Below the pieces are notes generated by a model. That model searched no databases. It saw only the letters and a program-made list of their open reading frames with translations, and was not told where the DNA came from. The translations under genes and the position numbers were made by a program. From IMG/VR virus record IMGVR_UViG_3300027759_004598, positions 1 through 34,008 of that record: a stretch of 34,008 nucleotides of DNA; one strand, 5' to 3'. Of this stretch, positions 9,524-18,646 are shown piece by piece (the first letter of the stretch is position 1; every line of letters starts with the position of its first letter). This DNA comes from a virus. Its lineage: Duplodnaviria; Caudoviricetes.

Positions 9524-9763
9524 TTAGAAAAACCTATCTAGTTTAATGTGAGCAAGAACGTATCCAATAACGACAGCAGCTCCTAGAAGCATCCACCGCC
9601 ATTGTTCAACAATCTGAATACGTTTATCCATACCCGTCATTTTATTCATGAGGGCGTCATGCTGCTCTTTTTGCTCCTTACGTATTTCTCTTACGTCAGA
9701 GGCTATGTTTTTGACTTCGTTTTCCAAAACGGCTATTCTTTCGCCTGTTTCAAAAGTTTCCAT
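9524..9763 (-). CDS. Coiled-coil protein with C-terminal TM helix (XhlA-like, lysis-associated)
   Basis: ERIAVLENEV heptads, then EQWRWMLLGAAVVIGYVLA. Confidence 0.6.
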   Translation of the reverse strand: METFETGERIAVLENEVKNIASDVREIRKEQKEQHDALMNKMTGMDKRIQIVEQWRWMLLGAAVVIGYVLAHIKLDRFF

Positions 9764-9772
9764 ATTGCCCCC

Positions 9773-10249
9773 TTATAATGCTGGCTGCTCTTCCTGGGGA
9801 GGAGCTTTCAGAATTGGTTTAGGGGCAGCTGCTACAGGAACAGGTGCTACAGGAACAGGTGCTGTAGCAACAGGGGCAGGTCTAGGAGCAATAGGGTTCA
9901 TTGAGGGTACTGCTGATGGCGTGGGTGCACCTGGTAAAGCAGCTCCTCCATTGTTAGCTCCTGCTAATTTTTCTTGTGTACGACCAAGTGCGGCGATACC
10001 AAGCACAGCGCCCATTGCAATATGGAACAATCCCGCACCTTGTAGGGTGAGAGGATTCCATTGTGTAATAGGTACGTGAGCAAGCGTTTGTAGCAAGCTC
10101 CATAAAATAGGAAATACTACGAAGTCAGTAATACAAGTTACCATGTACATCCAACCCATCATTGGACGCCATTTACTGTTCATCCAATCTTCTTTTTTCT
10201 TTTCACTGTCGCTCATGCTCTTATATTCTTCGGCAGTGGTCATTTCCAT
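9773..10249 (-). CDS. Holin-like membrane protein (GTA 3TM holin-like) with Pro/Ala-rich tail
   Basis: KWRPMMGWMY, WNPLTLQGAGLFHIAMGAVLG..GRTQEKL. Confidence 0.65.
   Translation of the reverse strand: MEMTTAEEYKSMSDSEKKKEDWMNSKWRPMMGWMYMVTCITDFVVFPILWSLLQTLAHVPITQWNPLTLQGAGLFHIAMGAVLGIAALGRTQEKLAGANNGGAALPGAPTPSAVPSMNPIAPRPAPVATAPVPVAPVPVAAAPKPILKAPPQEEQPAL
9831..9863. repeat. 15-bp tandem repeat (2.2 copies) encoding APVPV x2
   Basis: GCTACAGGAACAGGT at 9831 and 9846. Confidence 0.85.
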
Positions 10250-10252
10250 TCC

Positions 10253-10459
10253 TTATGCTAATGCTTGTACAGCTTGTTTAATACCTATAAGAATTTTTTG
10301 ATGTTCAATGTTTTCTTCTAGTTCCAATACATCTTTGGAAATTTGAGCTTGTTGTTCTGCGTCAGCAGCTAGAGAATAAAACTCTTCTAAGGTAATTTCT
10401 TTATTGTCTAGTAGGTTTTTCAACTCCACTGATCTTTGTACGAAGTCATGTACTGTCAT
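10253..10459 (-). CDS. Hypothetical protein
   Basis: 68-aa helical ORF overlapping the lipoprotein stop. Confidence 0.6.
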   Translation of the reverse strand: MTVHDFVQRSVELKNLLDNKEITLEEFYSLAADAEQQAQISKDVLELEENIEHQKILIGIKQAVQALA

Positions 10460-10872
10460 CTTTGTCTCCTGGCTATAGCTTTTTGAATTTGTTCTGCGGA
10501 ATCAGAAATAGATTGAAGTTTTAGTTCACAATATGTTTTACTAACCTCAACATCACTATTGTAACGTTTGTATAGATCTATTGTCTGGGCATGTAATATA
10601 GTATTTAGTTTTGCAGATTTCTCATTATTAGGTATATGGGAGCTGAAGTTCTCTAGTTCAGCTGACCATTGATATAGGTTTATTGCTACTGGTTTTATTT
10701 CAGCTGGTATAGTACAATTGGGTTTAGCTAGCCTAGCATGTACATTAATTTTGTTAACCAATGCATGTTCATTAGTATCATATCCAGCAAGCATGTAGGA
10801 ATCATAGAGCTCACCTACAAAGGCGCAACCTGATAGTGATAATGCTAATAATAAAGCTATAACATTTTTCAT
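10456..10872 (-). CDS. Lipoprotein
   Basis: MKNVIALLLALSLSGC signal peptide II with lipobox LSGC. Confidence 0.75.
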   Translation of the reverse strand: MKNVIALLLALSLSGCAFVGELYDSYMLAGYDTNEHALVNKINVHARLAKPNCTIPAEIKPVAINLYQWSAELENFSSHIPNNEKSAKLNTILHAQTIDLYKRYNSDVEVSKTYCELKLQSISDSAEQIQKAIARRQR

Positions 10873-11489
10873 CAGCAGTTCCACTTTCTCAATGATTTAT
10901 TAATTCTTGAATCTGGATCTCTGGCAGTTTTTGCCGAGGTTAATTTCTTTTTCATACCACTCATTCTTGCACAGAATGATTTACGACGGTTAGCAGCTTT
11001 AGAATCTTTTTTAAGTTTAGATGGTTTGGTAGTGACTGCCATAGATAATTTTGAACCTGGATTCTCACGTCTATAAGACATAATACCTTTGCGGTTCAAA
11101 CCGCCTTCTGGATTTTTTCCTTCTTTACGCTGCCATGCAGCAGACTCATCTAAGTCTTCTTTATGCATATTAAGATACCAATGGGCTAGTTGCTTACTTC
11201 TTTTGGATGCAGTATCAGACGATCTAATTTTTCTAAGTTCTGCTTTTGATTTTCCCTTCAGTCCATGGCGCGCCATATCGCCCTTGTCCTGTGGATTCTT
11301 TCCATCCATAAAGTTTTCTTTTACGGAAGTCTTTTGAGCATCTTTAAAATTTTGTTTAGTAGGAGCACCTTCAGAACCAGGTGCGCGCATTTTTTCACCA
11401 GAACCAGATGCTATTCTTTTTCGTTTAGCATGGATATTATCCCATAGTCCGTTCTTTTTTTCATCGAGAAATTGTTTGAATGTTATCAT
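10872..11489 (-). CDS. Basic modular probable internal head protein (conserved in T4-like phages)
   Basis: MITFKQFLDE N-terminus; GLWDNIHAKRKR; AAWQRKEGKNPEGGLN...RRKSFCARM...SLRKWNC. Confidence 0.7.
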   Translation of the reverse strand: MITFKQFLDEKKNGLWDNIHAKRKRIASGSGEKMRAPGSEGAPTKQNFKDAQKTSVKENFMDGKNPQDKGDMARHGLKGKSKAELRKIRSSDTASKRSKQLAHWYLNMHKEDLDESAAWQRKEGKNPEGGLNRKGIMSYRRENPGSKLSMAVTTKPSKLKKDSKAANRRKSFCARMSGMKKKLTSAKTARDPDSRINKSLRKWNC

Positions 11490-12079
11490 TTTACACTCTC
11501 AAAAATTTTCTTTTGCTCTTTATACCACTCTTGAAAGCCTATTAACTGTTCTCTTACTTGGTAATAGGTTCCGTAGTTTTCGGTGACAGTTCTGACGAGC
11601 TCACTGGCTTTAACATCGGAGGCTCCTTCATTAGTCGCTCCGGTACTTCCGGCCACTTCATTACGACTGGCACTGTCGTGGAGCACGATAGCAGCATTAG
11701 ACAAGGTACACTTATCATCATACTTCGTAACAATCCTGTCCACATACTGTATGTTTGCATTTGTTGTCTCCTTAACTACTTTTATTCTTTCAACTATTTT
11801 AGTTTGTATTTTAACGTTAGTTTCCTTTGACTGTTCTTCAGCCACAGCAACCTTTTCTTCTACTTCTTTTACCTTAGCTTCCCACTCGGCGTTCACACCG
11901 ACACCTCCTTCAAGCCAAATCCCACATAGTAAGACTATGAAAGAAAATATCTTGATAGGAAGTGTATAAGCAGCAATAAAGCGAAAAGAACCAAAAAGGC
12001 TCGTGAGAAATACACCTAGTGCTCCTAAAGCAACAATTAAATGTATAATGTATTCGGGCAGGAAACTAATTAACCACAT
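11486..12079 (-). CDS. i-spanin (Rz-like)
   Basis: N-terminal TM helices, coiled coil, CxLSNAAIVLHDSA...TVTENY; contains an out-of-frame lipoprotein. Confidence 0.7.
   Translation of the reverse strand: MWLISFLPEYIIHLIVALGALGVFLTSLFGSFRFIAAYTLPIKIFSFIVLLCGIWLEGGVGVNAEWEAKVKEVEEKVAVAEEQSKETNVKIQTKIVERIKVVKETTNANIQYVDRIVTKYDDKCTLSNAAIVLHDSASRNEVAGSTGATNEGASDVKASELVRTVTENYGTYYQVREQLIGFQEWYKEQKKIFESVK
11554..11745 (-). CDS. o-spanin (Rz1-like), embedded in the i-spanin gene
   Basis: MWTGLLRSMMISVPCLMLLSC lipobox, then Pro-rich mature region STTVPVVMKWPEVPERLMKEPPMLKP; start could be 11721. Confidence 0.7.
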   Translation of the reverse strand: MWTGLLRSMMISVPCLMLLSCSTTVPVVMKWPEVPERLMKEPPMLKPVSSSELSPKTTEPITK

Positions 12080-12545
12080 TGAATTTTCTCTTTAACATTT
12101 TTGAAATAACAGGGGACTTCTTTTTCGTAACACCTGGTTCACCTTGAGGACCAACACCGGCACCAGCCACGTTACCACCACCTACTACATTGGCAATCTC
12201 TTCAGTTATTTCTTTTTCATATTCACTAAAAAATAACTCAAGAGATTCTTCGTCAAACGTTTGTAAATCTTTATGCTCTTTCATAAGCAAAGCTGCAGCA
12301 GCAATTGTACCCAGCTTAGATTTACCACCTGGTACTTTAGCTAAAAGTTTTTTAAGATTAGCTGTTACTATATCAAAATACCCCCATGCAGATCTTTCCT
12401 CATCAGTACTAAGAGTTTTTCTTTTACGTAATACCTTACCTTCATCATCAATGATGCCAAGCTTATACGCCTTCCATTCATCAAAAGGTGTAATCAGTCT
12501 TTTTACAAACTGATAGGTAGTAAATAAATCAACTGGCTGGGCCAT
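12066..12545 (-). CDS. Conserved T4-like hypothetical/virion protein
   Basis: YQFVKRLITPFDEWKAYKLGIIDDEG motif; EITEEIAN tail module. Confidence 0.7.
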   Translation of the reverse strand: MAQPVDLFTTYQFVKRLITPFDEWKAYKLGIIDDEGKVLRKRKTLSTDEERSAWGYFDIVTANLKKLLAKVPGGKSKLGTIAAAALLMKEHKDLQTFDEESLELFFSEYEKEITEEIANVVGGGNVAGAGVGPQGEPGVTKKKSPVISKMLKRKFNVVN

Positions 12546-12942
12546 TTTGTATATCTCTTAAAACGTTAACTATGTTAGGATCCATGATAATATCTGTCGT
12601 TAAAACAGTCTTACCTTCTATACCAATATTAACCACCCGTTCGGGGAGGTAGTTCAAGAATACTAAAAAAGGTTTCAAACAATGATAGAAACCTTTTAAT
12701 TTAAAAAATAATAAACGTGTTGCTGCTTCCACGCCAAACAAATTATACAAAATAATAATATGATTTAAAATCAGTCGTTCTTTTAATTCCCCTGACTCTT
12801 CATATCTACTAAACAGCCTCTTTATGTATTTGAATCTGTTTAAATCTTCGTAAAATTCTAACGTATCAAAGCAAGCCGGATTATCATAATACTTTGCAGC
12901 ATATAATAAAAAGTTTGTTTCATCCAATTTTTCATTATGCAT
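12529..12942 (-). CDS. Conserved T4-like hypothetical protein
   Basis: NFLLYAAKYYDNP..EFYEDLNRFKYIKRL..LKERLILNHIIILYNLFG. Confidence 0.75.
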   Translation of the reverse strand: MHNEKLDETNFLLYAAKYYDNPACFDTLEFYEDLNRFKYIKRLFSRYEESGELKERLILNHIIILYNLFGVEAATRLLFFKLKGFYHCLKPFLVFLNYLPERVVNIGIEGKTVLTTDIIMDPNIVNVLRDIQNGPAS

Positions 12943-12955
12943 ATTTAACCAATAA

Positions 12956-13780
12956 TTATCCTATAATTCTATAGTATCCACCATCGCACACCCATGTGCG
13001 AACAGCTCCTGCTGCTGACATACTGTACTCTATAACAAACGAACCAGTACTTACATCCTCTATACGATTGGTTGCATCACTACTTCCTACAATTAGGATC
13101 TTGCCACCAGGGGCAATGTTTTTAACAGTATAGGATTTGCCGTTAGCTGCAGTTGATGGTAAAGTAATTGTAATGTTAGCACCAGCAGCACTCGGGCTGC
13201 AGAATATAATATCATTAGTAGAATTAGCGGTATAGGTGGTGGTGTTAACTGTTATAATATCTCTTAAAGATAAGGCAGCTACTGCTTGCTCACCCTTAGA
13301 CCCAGTATCGCCTTTAGCTCCAGTGTCACCTAACGATCCTTTATCACCTTTAGCCCCGGTCGATCCCGTAGTACCTATTTCACCTTTGGCACCCTTAACC
13401 CCACTAACGTAAGCATTAGAGGTAGCATCAGAAGAGGTAAATGTTAGAGTATTATTTGCATCGGTATAAATGATACCGGAAAATACTTCACCCTTTTGAC
13501 CCTTAGTTCCAGCTGAACCAGCAGAGCCTTGAGCGCCTGCGGCACCCTTATCTCCTACTTCACCCTTACTACCTGTATCACCCTTACTACCAGCGGCACC
13601 AGCCGCGCCTTTTTCTCCTTTGTTAACCAAGCCAACAAAATATGTTGCCATATTATTGGCTGTTATTTTCTTCGTCTCGCTTGCAGAGACGTCTACAATG
13701 ATGAAGAGGTCACCGTTAGCCACACTATTAGAAGCTAGTGCAGCTAATTCGGTAACTTTTCTAGCGCGATCTTGTGCCAT
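12956..13780 (-). CDS. Collagen-like (Gly-X-Y) fibre/decoration protein
   Basis: Two G-X-Y runs (KGEKGAAG.., KGAKGEIG..); N-terminal RKVTEL..DLFIIVD..TKKIT; C-terminal ITITLP beta domain. Confidence 0.8.
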   Translation of the reverse strand: MAQDRARKVTELAALASNSVANGDLFIIVDVSASETKKITANNMATYFVGLVNKGEKGAAGAAGSKGDTGSKGEVGDKGAAGAQGSAGSAGTKGQKGEVFSGIIYTDANNTLTFTSSDATSNAYVSGVKGAKGEIGTTGSTGAKGDKGSLGDTGAKGDTGSKGEQAVAALSLRDIITVNTTTYTANSTNDIIFCSPSAAGANITITLPSTAANGKSYTVKNIAPGGKILIVGSSDATNRIEDVSTGSFVIEYSMSAAGAVRTWVCDGGYYRIIG

Positions 13781-13788
13781 ATTTAATT

Positions 13789-14628
13789 TTAACTATCTGG
13801 TAGGATTGTATCGTCGGAAGCATCACTAGTCATAGATCCCATAGCAACTAATGTTTCGTAGTGTACGCGACCAGCTCGACCACCAGTACCTTCTCTACGA
13901 ATTACCCAACCGGCGTGAGTTAGTGATGAACGTCCACCAACAGTAACGTTTGCAGTAGCTGTTTGACCAGTGAATGTGTGACCGGCTTGAGCTCCTGCAG
14001 GTACGGCGGTCAAGTCAATTGCAGAACCTGTGGCAGTTAATGATAGTTGGAATGCTGTTGTGTTAGCACCGATAACGTAATACGTTGCGTTATTAGTTAA
14101 TCCAGTAACAGCTGTGTTACCTGCAGCAACCAAATATCTTACTAAGTCACCGTTTGCAAAGAATGCACCGTTTGAACCTAAAGTAATATAATCTGTGGTG
14201 ATATTAACACTAGTTGAATTACCAGCAAAAGCAAGCGCTGATGGTGCAGCAATAGCGATTGTAGGTGGTACTTTATATCCTGAACCAGCTGTAGAAATGT
14301 TAATAGCAGAAATTCTACCAGTAGCATTGGAGGTAGCGTTAGCAACAGCGGAAGTACCGCCGTTAACTGCAGTAATTGTAACCGCAGCATTAGCACTATA
14401 ACCAGAACCGGTAAAGGTAATAAAACCATCAACTACAGGGCCCCCTGTAATTCCAATTTCTGTACCATCTACACCGTACATACCGATTGTTTCTCCGGTA
14501 CCATAACCATTAGCGGTCGTGTTACCGAACATTAAGTTTGCATTAGTTCTAGTAGGTGCTTTGGCGTGACTTGAAGGTCCCCATAGTACGCTATTAGAAG
14601 CAATGTCTGTTTTACCCCATTGACTCAT
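13789..14628 (-). CDS. Virion structural protein
   Basis: MSQWG N-terminus, GSGY repeats, C-terminal HAGWV..GGRAGRVHYETLVAM recalled from T4-like virion proteins. Confidence 0.7.
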   Translation of the reverse strand: MSQWGKTDIASNSVLWGPSSHAKAPTRTNANLMFGNTTANGYGTGETIGMYGVDGTEIGITGGPVVDGFITFTGSGYSANAAVTITAVNGGTSAVANATSNATGRISAINISTAGSGYKVPPTIAIAAPSALAFAGNSTSVNITTDYITLGSNGAFFANGDLVRYLVAAGNTAVTGLTNNATYYVIGANTTAFQLSLTATGSAIDLTAVPAGAQAGHTFTGQTATANVTVGGRSSLTHAGWVIRREGTGGRAGRVHYETLVAMGSMTSDASDDTILPDS

Positions 14629-14654
14629 TTTTAACTCCTTTGTTAAAGTATATG

Positions 14655-14870
14655 TTATTTATTGTTTCTTTTTGCAGCAAGCATATCACGTAAAAAAGCC
14701 GACGATTTTTTAACTATAGTAAAATTATCACTAGAACTCTCTTCAACTGTCTCTGTTTCAATGACAGGATTATGTACTATACCACCCTCTCTTGCAGTTT
14801 GTAAGTTAGTTCTAGAAGCATTTTGTCTTTGCAATGCTTGTTCGTTCGGATTTTTTAAGATCAGTGGCAT
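14655..14870 (-). CDS. Hypothetical protein
   Basis: 71-aa ORF coupled (TAATG) to the 727-aa gene. Confidence 0.55.
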   Translation of the reverse strand: MPLILKNPNEQALQRQNASRTNLQTAREGGIVHNPVIETETVEESSSDNFTIVKKSSAFLRDMLAAKRNNK

Positions 14871-17053
14871 TATTTGCCTCCAGACACCATTTTATGTACT
14901 TGCATGAAATTATCATGTGACTTAGCAATATGTGCATGAAGCTCGTTTCTTGTTTCTGGCTTTACTTTAGATAATGCATCTAATACGGACTTAGCATGTT
15001 CCGATTTAACAAAATGAGTTCCTTTGTCAAACTTAACATCTGCACCACCTTTAGTCTTAAAACCTTCTTTACCCTTCACCTCGTGATGGGCGGCATCTTT
15101 AGCTTTTGAAAGTTGTACGTGAATATGCTGGTCTGGCTCTTTACCGGAATCCTGGCCACCGTACTCATGTTCTTCGTCATCGCTTGATTTAGCTTTACCA
15201 CCTTTTGACCATTTAGGGTCAGTTGGGTTTTTACGAGGGCGTCCGCGACCCTCATCTAAATCATCCATAAATTGATTAAATGTTTTTTTCATATTACTCT
15301 CGTCAAAATGTTTATAGTCTACTGTAGTCTTATCGCTGTTTGCTCCATGAGATACTAAATGTACTTTGTCACCTTCTCTTGTTGCATGTACCATACGACC
15401 AGTTTCATCTTTAAAATGTGTCTTGGAATGTTCCCCTGATGGACGTAGGCGCTTAATAGCAGCTTGATGTTCTGGGTGTAACGGATAAGAGGTATCAGCA
15501 CCCTTATGAACGGTAATCATTTTACCCCAACTATAGTTAGCCTTTTTAACTGTAACTGCTTCTTCAATCTGTTCAACTTCTTCCATGTTATTCTGAGCTT
15601 TAAAGTCATCTACTTTTTTCTGGGATTTTAACTTTTGTAATCTGGCTTTATTAAGGCTATCCATATCTTTCTCAAAAGAAGTAGAAGATTCATTCATGCC
15701 TTTTTTGGCAGATAAGAAAGCAGCTATTCCCATAACACGTTTTTTCTCTTTAGACTTACCTTTGAATTGAGGTGCATCAGATTTTTCAAAATCTTTAATA
15801 TATTTACCGGCACCCATTGACGGTTTCAATTTTTCATCTACTTGTTCTTTTTCTTCTTTATGCACAGTTGCACCTTTAATTTTCTTTGCTACATTGGTAG
15901 CATGGGATTGAGAACCGAAAGACTTCCACTTTTTGCCATTAATATGTACGGCATGTGGTTCATCTTTTACCATAGGCTTAGAACGTCTATCTACAGGATC
16001 TGGAACATGATATTCATCATCTTCTCGTTCACGTTTTGCAAATCCAGTTCTATTATCATCATAACGGGTTCTGTGACCTTCAGTTAAGCCTTTAAACTTA
16101 TTCCAATCAGATGCATCAGTAGATACTACATGGTTAAGAGGTACTACATGACCTAACTTGGAGGTAGTGTGAATCTTAGTACCAGCACCTCCGCCAGTTT
16201 TATGAGATACCTTACTCATGTAATGTTTGCCCTCATGCTTGTAGATAACAGTACCACCATTTGCTATATCGTCTTCAGCATAACCCTCTTGTACAGCTTC
16301 TTCATTGACTTCACTTTGCATGTAATCAGCAACAGTACTGATATAGTCCGCAGCTAGAGTAATCTTACTTTGCACCCATTCAGCTATGTTGGTGTCAGGT
16401 TTGAGCATATCGTGAACTTGCTTTGCATTAGCAAGGATACTACGTAGCTGACCACGGGCCATATCGCCTTCGTAATCATATTCGGTCTTTTCCTTTGCTT
16501 CTCCAATCACAGTCTCTTCAGACATCTGTTTGTGTTTAGCAAGCAACTCTCTATTCTTAGCATAATCAGCTGTCTTCATAGCAAACTTGGCAGTACGAGC
16601 ATTGTCTAGATGATAGGTTTTTTTCTTATCGTCACCGCGCTCGGCCGCTGCAATAGCTTTATCCATATGGTACTTAAATGTACCTTCGTCTAACTCTTCA
16701 TCTTCTTTCAATGCTTTACGCTTGGCCAACTCTTTAGCTACTTTTTTCAATTGAGCTGCAAACACAGGAGATGCACCAGTTTGATCTTTATGACTGTCCC
16801 AGTGCTTCTTCAGCTTTTCTGTAGACATTTTAGAAAGATCCTCATCCAACTCTACTTCTTCTCTATTGAGATTCTTCTTAATATCTGCGGTTGTTTTTTC
16901 TATCTGCTTACCGGTAGCCTTCATAATATTTGCCCAACGGTTAGTAGATTGTCTGTACTGACCTTTAGATGCAAGATCATCTGCAGACTTCTTAGCCTTC
17001 GCTTTATAGCGATCTAGCAGGTTTGCGCTAACTTCGTTGATATTTTTACTCAT
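14870..17053 (-). CDS. Large modular probable internal head protein
   Basis: K/E/H-rich; about 11 hydrophobic-x-E junctions; module EYDYEGDMARGQL..WVQSKITLAADY. Confidence 0.65.
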   Translation of the reverse strand: MSKNINEVSANLLDRYKAKAKKSADDLASKGQYRQSTNRWANIMKATGKQIEKTTADIKKNLNREEVELDEDLSKMSTEKLKKHWDSHKDQTGASPVFAAQLKKVAKELAKRKALKEDEELDEGTFKYHMDKAIAAAERGDDKKKTYHLDNARTAKFAMKTADYAKNRELLAKHKQMSEETVIGEAKEKTEYDYEGDMARGQLRSILANAKQVHDMLKPDTNIAEWVQSKITLAADYISTVADYMQSEVNEEAVQEGYAEDDIANGGTVIYKHEGKHYMSKVSHKTGGGAGTKIHTTSKLGHVVPLNHVVSTDASDWNKFKGLTEGHRTRYDDNRTGFAKREREDDEYHVPDPVDRRSKPMVKDEPHAVHINGKKWKSFGSQSHATNVAKKIKGATVHKEEKEQVDEKLKPSMGAGKYIKDFEKSDAPQFKGKSKEKKRVMGIAAFLSAKKGMNESSTSFEKDMDSLNKARLQKLKSQKKVDDFKAQNNMEEVEQIEEAVTVKKANYSWGKMITVHKGADTSYPLHPEHQAAIKRLRPSGEHSKTHFKDETGRMVHATREGDKVHLVSHGANSDKTTVDYKHFDESNMKKTFNQFMDDLDEGRGRPRKNPTDPKWSKGGKAKSSDDEEHEYGGQDSGKEPDQHIHVQLSKAKDAAHHEVKGKEGFKTKGGADVKFDKGTHFVKSEHAKSVLDALSKVKPETRNELHAHIAKSHDNFMQVHKMVSGGK

Positions 17054-17054
17054 G

Positions 17055-17555
17055 TTACTTCTTCTTATGGTTACCGTGAGACTCTTGTACTAAGATTTCA
17101 AGATTTTGTACTGGTACTTTTTTCTCAATACCATGCTCAAACATAACATCATACCATGCAATGTTTCCATCTGCATCAGGGGTAGCATGTTGAGTAGATA
17201 ATGTCTTACCTTCACCAAGCTTAGAATGCTTGACGTGTACTGCACACATATGTTGTCCGGGTGTATCTCTATTAGCTTCTTCAACTGGTTGAGATGCTTC
17301 TTTATTTACGTTTTTCTTCTTAAGTAACTTAAAATCGTGTGCATCTACTTTGCCATTTTTATTGGCATCAATCTTATGTTGATTACCAACTAAAGCCTCA
17401 GAAACAGCTTTAGTGACTGGTTTAAAGTCACCATACTTTTTCTTTTCTGCATCAGCTAGTTTTTGCTGACCAACTTTACGTTGATCAATGGATTTAGTTA
17501 CTACCTCTTGAATAGCTTTTAAAACACTATCACTTACTTTGTCTCTTAATTGCAT
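17055..17555 (-). CDS. Probable head protein with EF-hand-like loop
   Basis: HKIDANKNGKVDAHDFKLL; HMCAVHVKH...WYDVMFEHGIE...ESHGNH. Confidence 0.65.
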   Translation of the reverse strand: MQLRDKVSDSVLKAIQEVVTKSIDQRKVGQQKLADAEKKKYGDFKPVTKAVSEALVGNQHKIDANKNGKVDAHDFKLLKKKNVNKEASQPVEEANRDTPGQHMCAVHVKHSKLGEGKTLSTQHATPDADGNIAWYDVMFEHGIEKKVPVQNLEILVQESHGNHKKK

Positions 17556-17570
17556 TTTTTTGCTCCTTGG

Positions 17571-18203
17571 TTAATCGTTATCAATAATCTTAAGTTTACG
17601 CTGAATCTTTATGCCTCTAGAAAGTCTAAATTTATCGTTATCACTATCTCTATCTGGTGGCTCTTTTGTCGGGTCGTATGGCTTACTAGCAAAACGTTTT
17701 GTCTTTTCCATTTCAAATCGATCCGCCTCGACTGGTTCACTACCTTTAGGGTCCAATAGCTTTCTAATTGCATTAACATGGTCATCTAAGTAGCCATGCT
17801 CTTTTTCTAAATTTAATTTTTTAGCAAATCCTTTGACATTTTGCGCAAGCTTTTCCGCTTCAGTAACATCTGCATCGGTAGCACGTTGCTTACCCTTAAC
17901 TGATTTATGAATACCAAATAGCTTATCCTGATCGATCATAGCGCGCTCAGCCATTGCAGTATCTACATCTTTTGGTAGATTTTGGGCATAGAGTTTTTGA
18001 GCTTGAGGTTCCATTTCAAAGTGTTGAGTTTTGTAGCTACCGGTAGATACTTGATCTCTAAAGTCTTTCTCAACATAAGTTTTATCTTTATGTGACTTTG
18101 CTTCTAAAATTTTTCTGATAGCGTGTTCCATAGATGTAACAACCCGGCTACCGGTTCTACCATTTAGTACTTCTCTAATTATTTTCTCTACTGGTTTATA
18201 CAT
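17571..18203 (-). CDS. Hypothetical, probable head-associated protein
   Basis: Start MYKPV coupled to the Dps stop; ILE-A junction. Confidence 0.6.
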   Translation of the reverse strand: MYKPVEKIIREVLNGRTGSRVVTSMEHAIRKILEAKSHKDKTYVEKDFRDQVSTGSYKTQHFEMEPQAQKLYAQNLPKDVDTAMAERAMIDQDKLFGIHKSVKGKQRATDADVTEAEKLAQNVKGFAKKLNLEKEHGYLDDHVNAIRKLLDPKGSEPVEADRFEMEKTKRFASKPYDPTKEPPDRDSDNDKFRLSRGIKIQRKLKIIDND

Positions 18204-18646
18204 TATCTTACACCTTGTACCGTTGACTTGATCATCCAAGCAAGCTTTTTATGCGCATCATACCTGTCTTGTAAGAAGTTTGAAAGCCCTATCTCATCAG
18301 CTGCCTCAGCAAGTGAGTATGTCTTTTTAATTTCTGCTAGCATTTTATCGTTGTCGGCTAATATAACTCTAAACATTTCTAAGGGTTCTAATATTCTTTC
18401 TTCGTCTTGAATAAAAGATAATTCCTTCATTCTACCAACGGAGCCCGGGGCATAAGCATCTAGTGCTCTTATTTCTTCAGCAATAGGATCTAATACACCA
18501 TACAACTCCGAATAAATTTTTTCTAAGAAAGTATGGTATTGATAAAAATCAGGGCCTTTAATATTCCAATGAAAGCCGTGTACCTTAAGATACAGGGAAA
18601 AGGATCCCCCAAGTAGCACCTTCATTTGTTCAACCAACTTATTCAT
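18203..18646 (-). CDS. dps: Dps / ferritin-like protein
   Basis: YLKVHGFHWNIKGPDFYQYHTFLE, DPIAEEIRAL, HKKLAWMI ferroxidase signature. Confidence 0.92.
   Translation of the reverse strand: MNKLVEQMKVLLGGSFSLYLKVHGFHWNIKGPDFYQYHTFLEKIYSELYGVLDPIAEEIRALDAYAPGSVGRMKELSFIQDEERILEPLEMFRVILADNDKMLAEIKKTYSLAEAADEIGLSNFLQDRYDAHKKLAWMIKSTVQGVR

Noticed and set aside
13280-13620. Periodic DNA repeats in the collagen-like gene
   Set aside because: Consequence of Gly-X-Y coding, not an independent element
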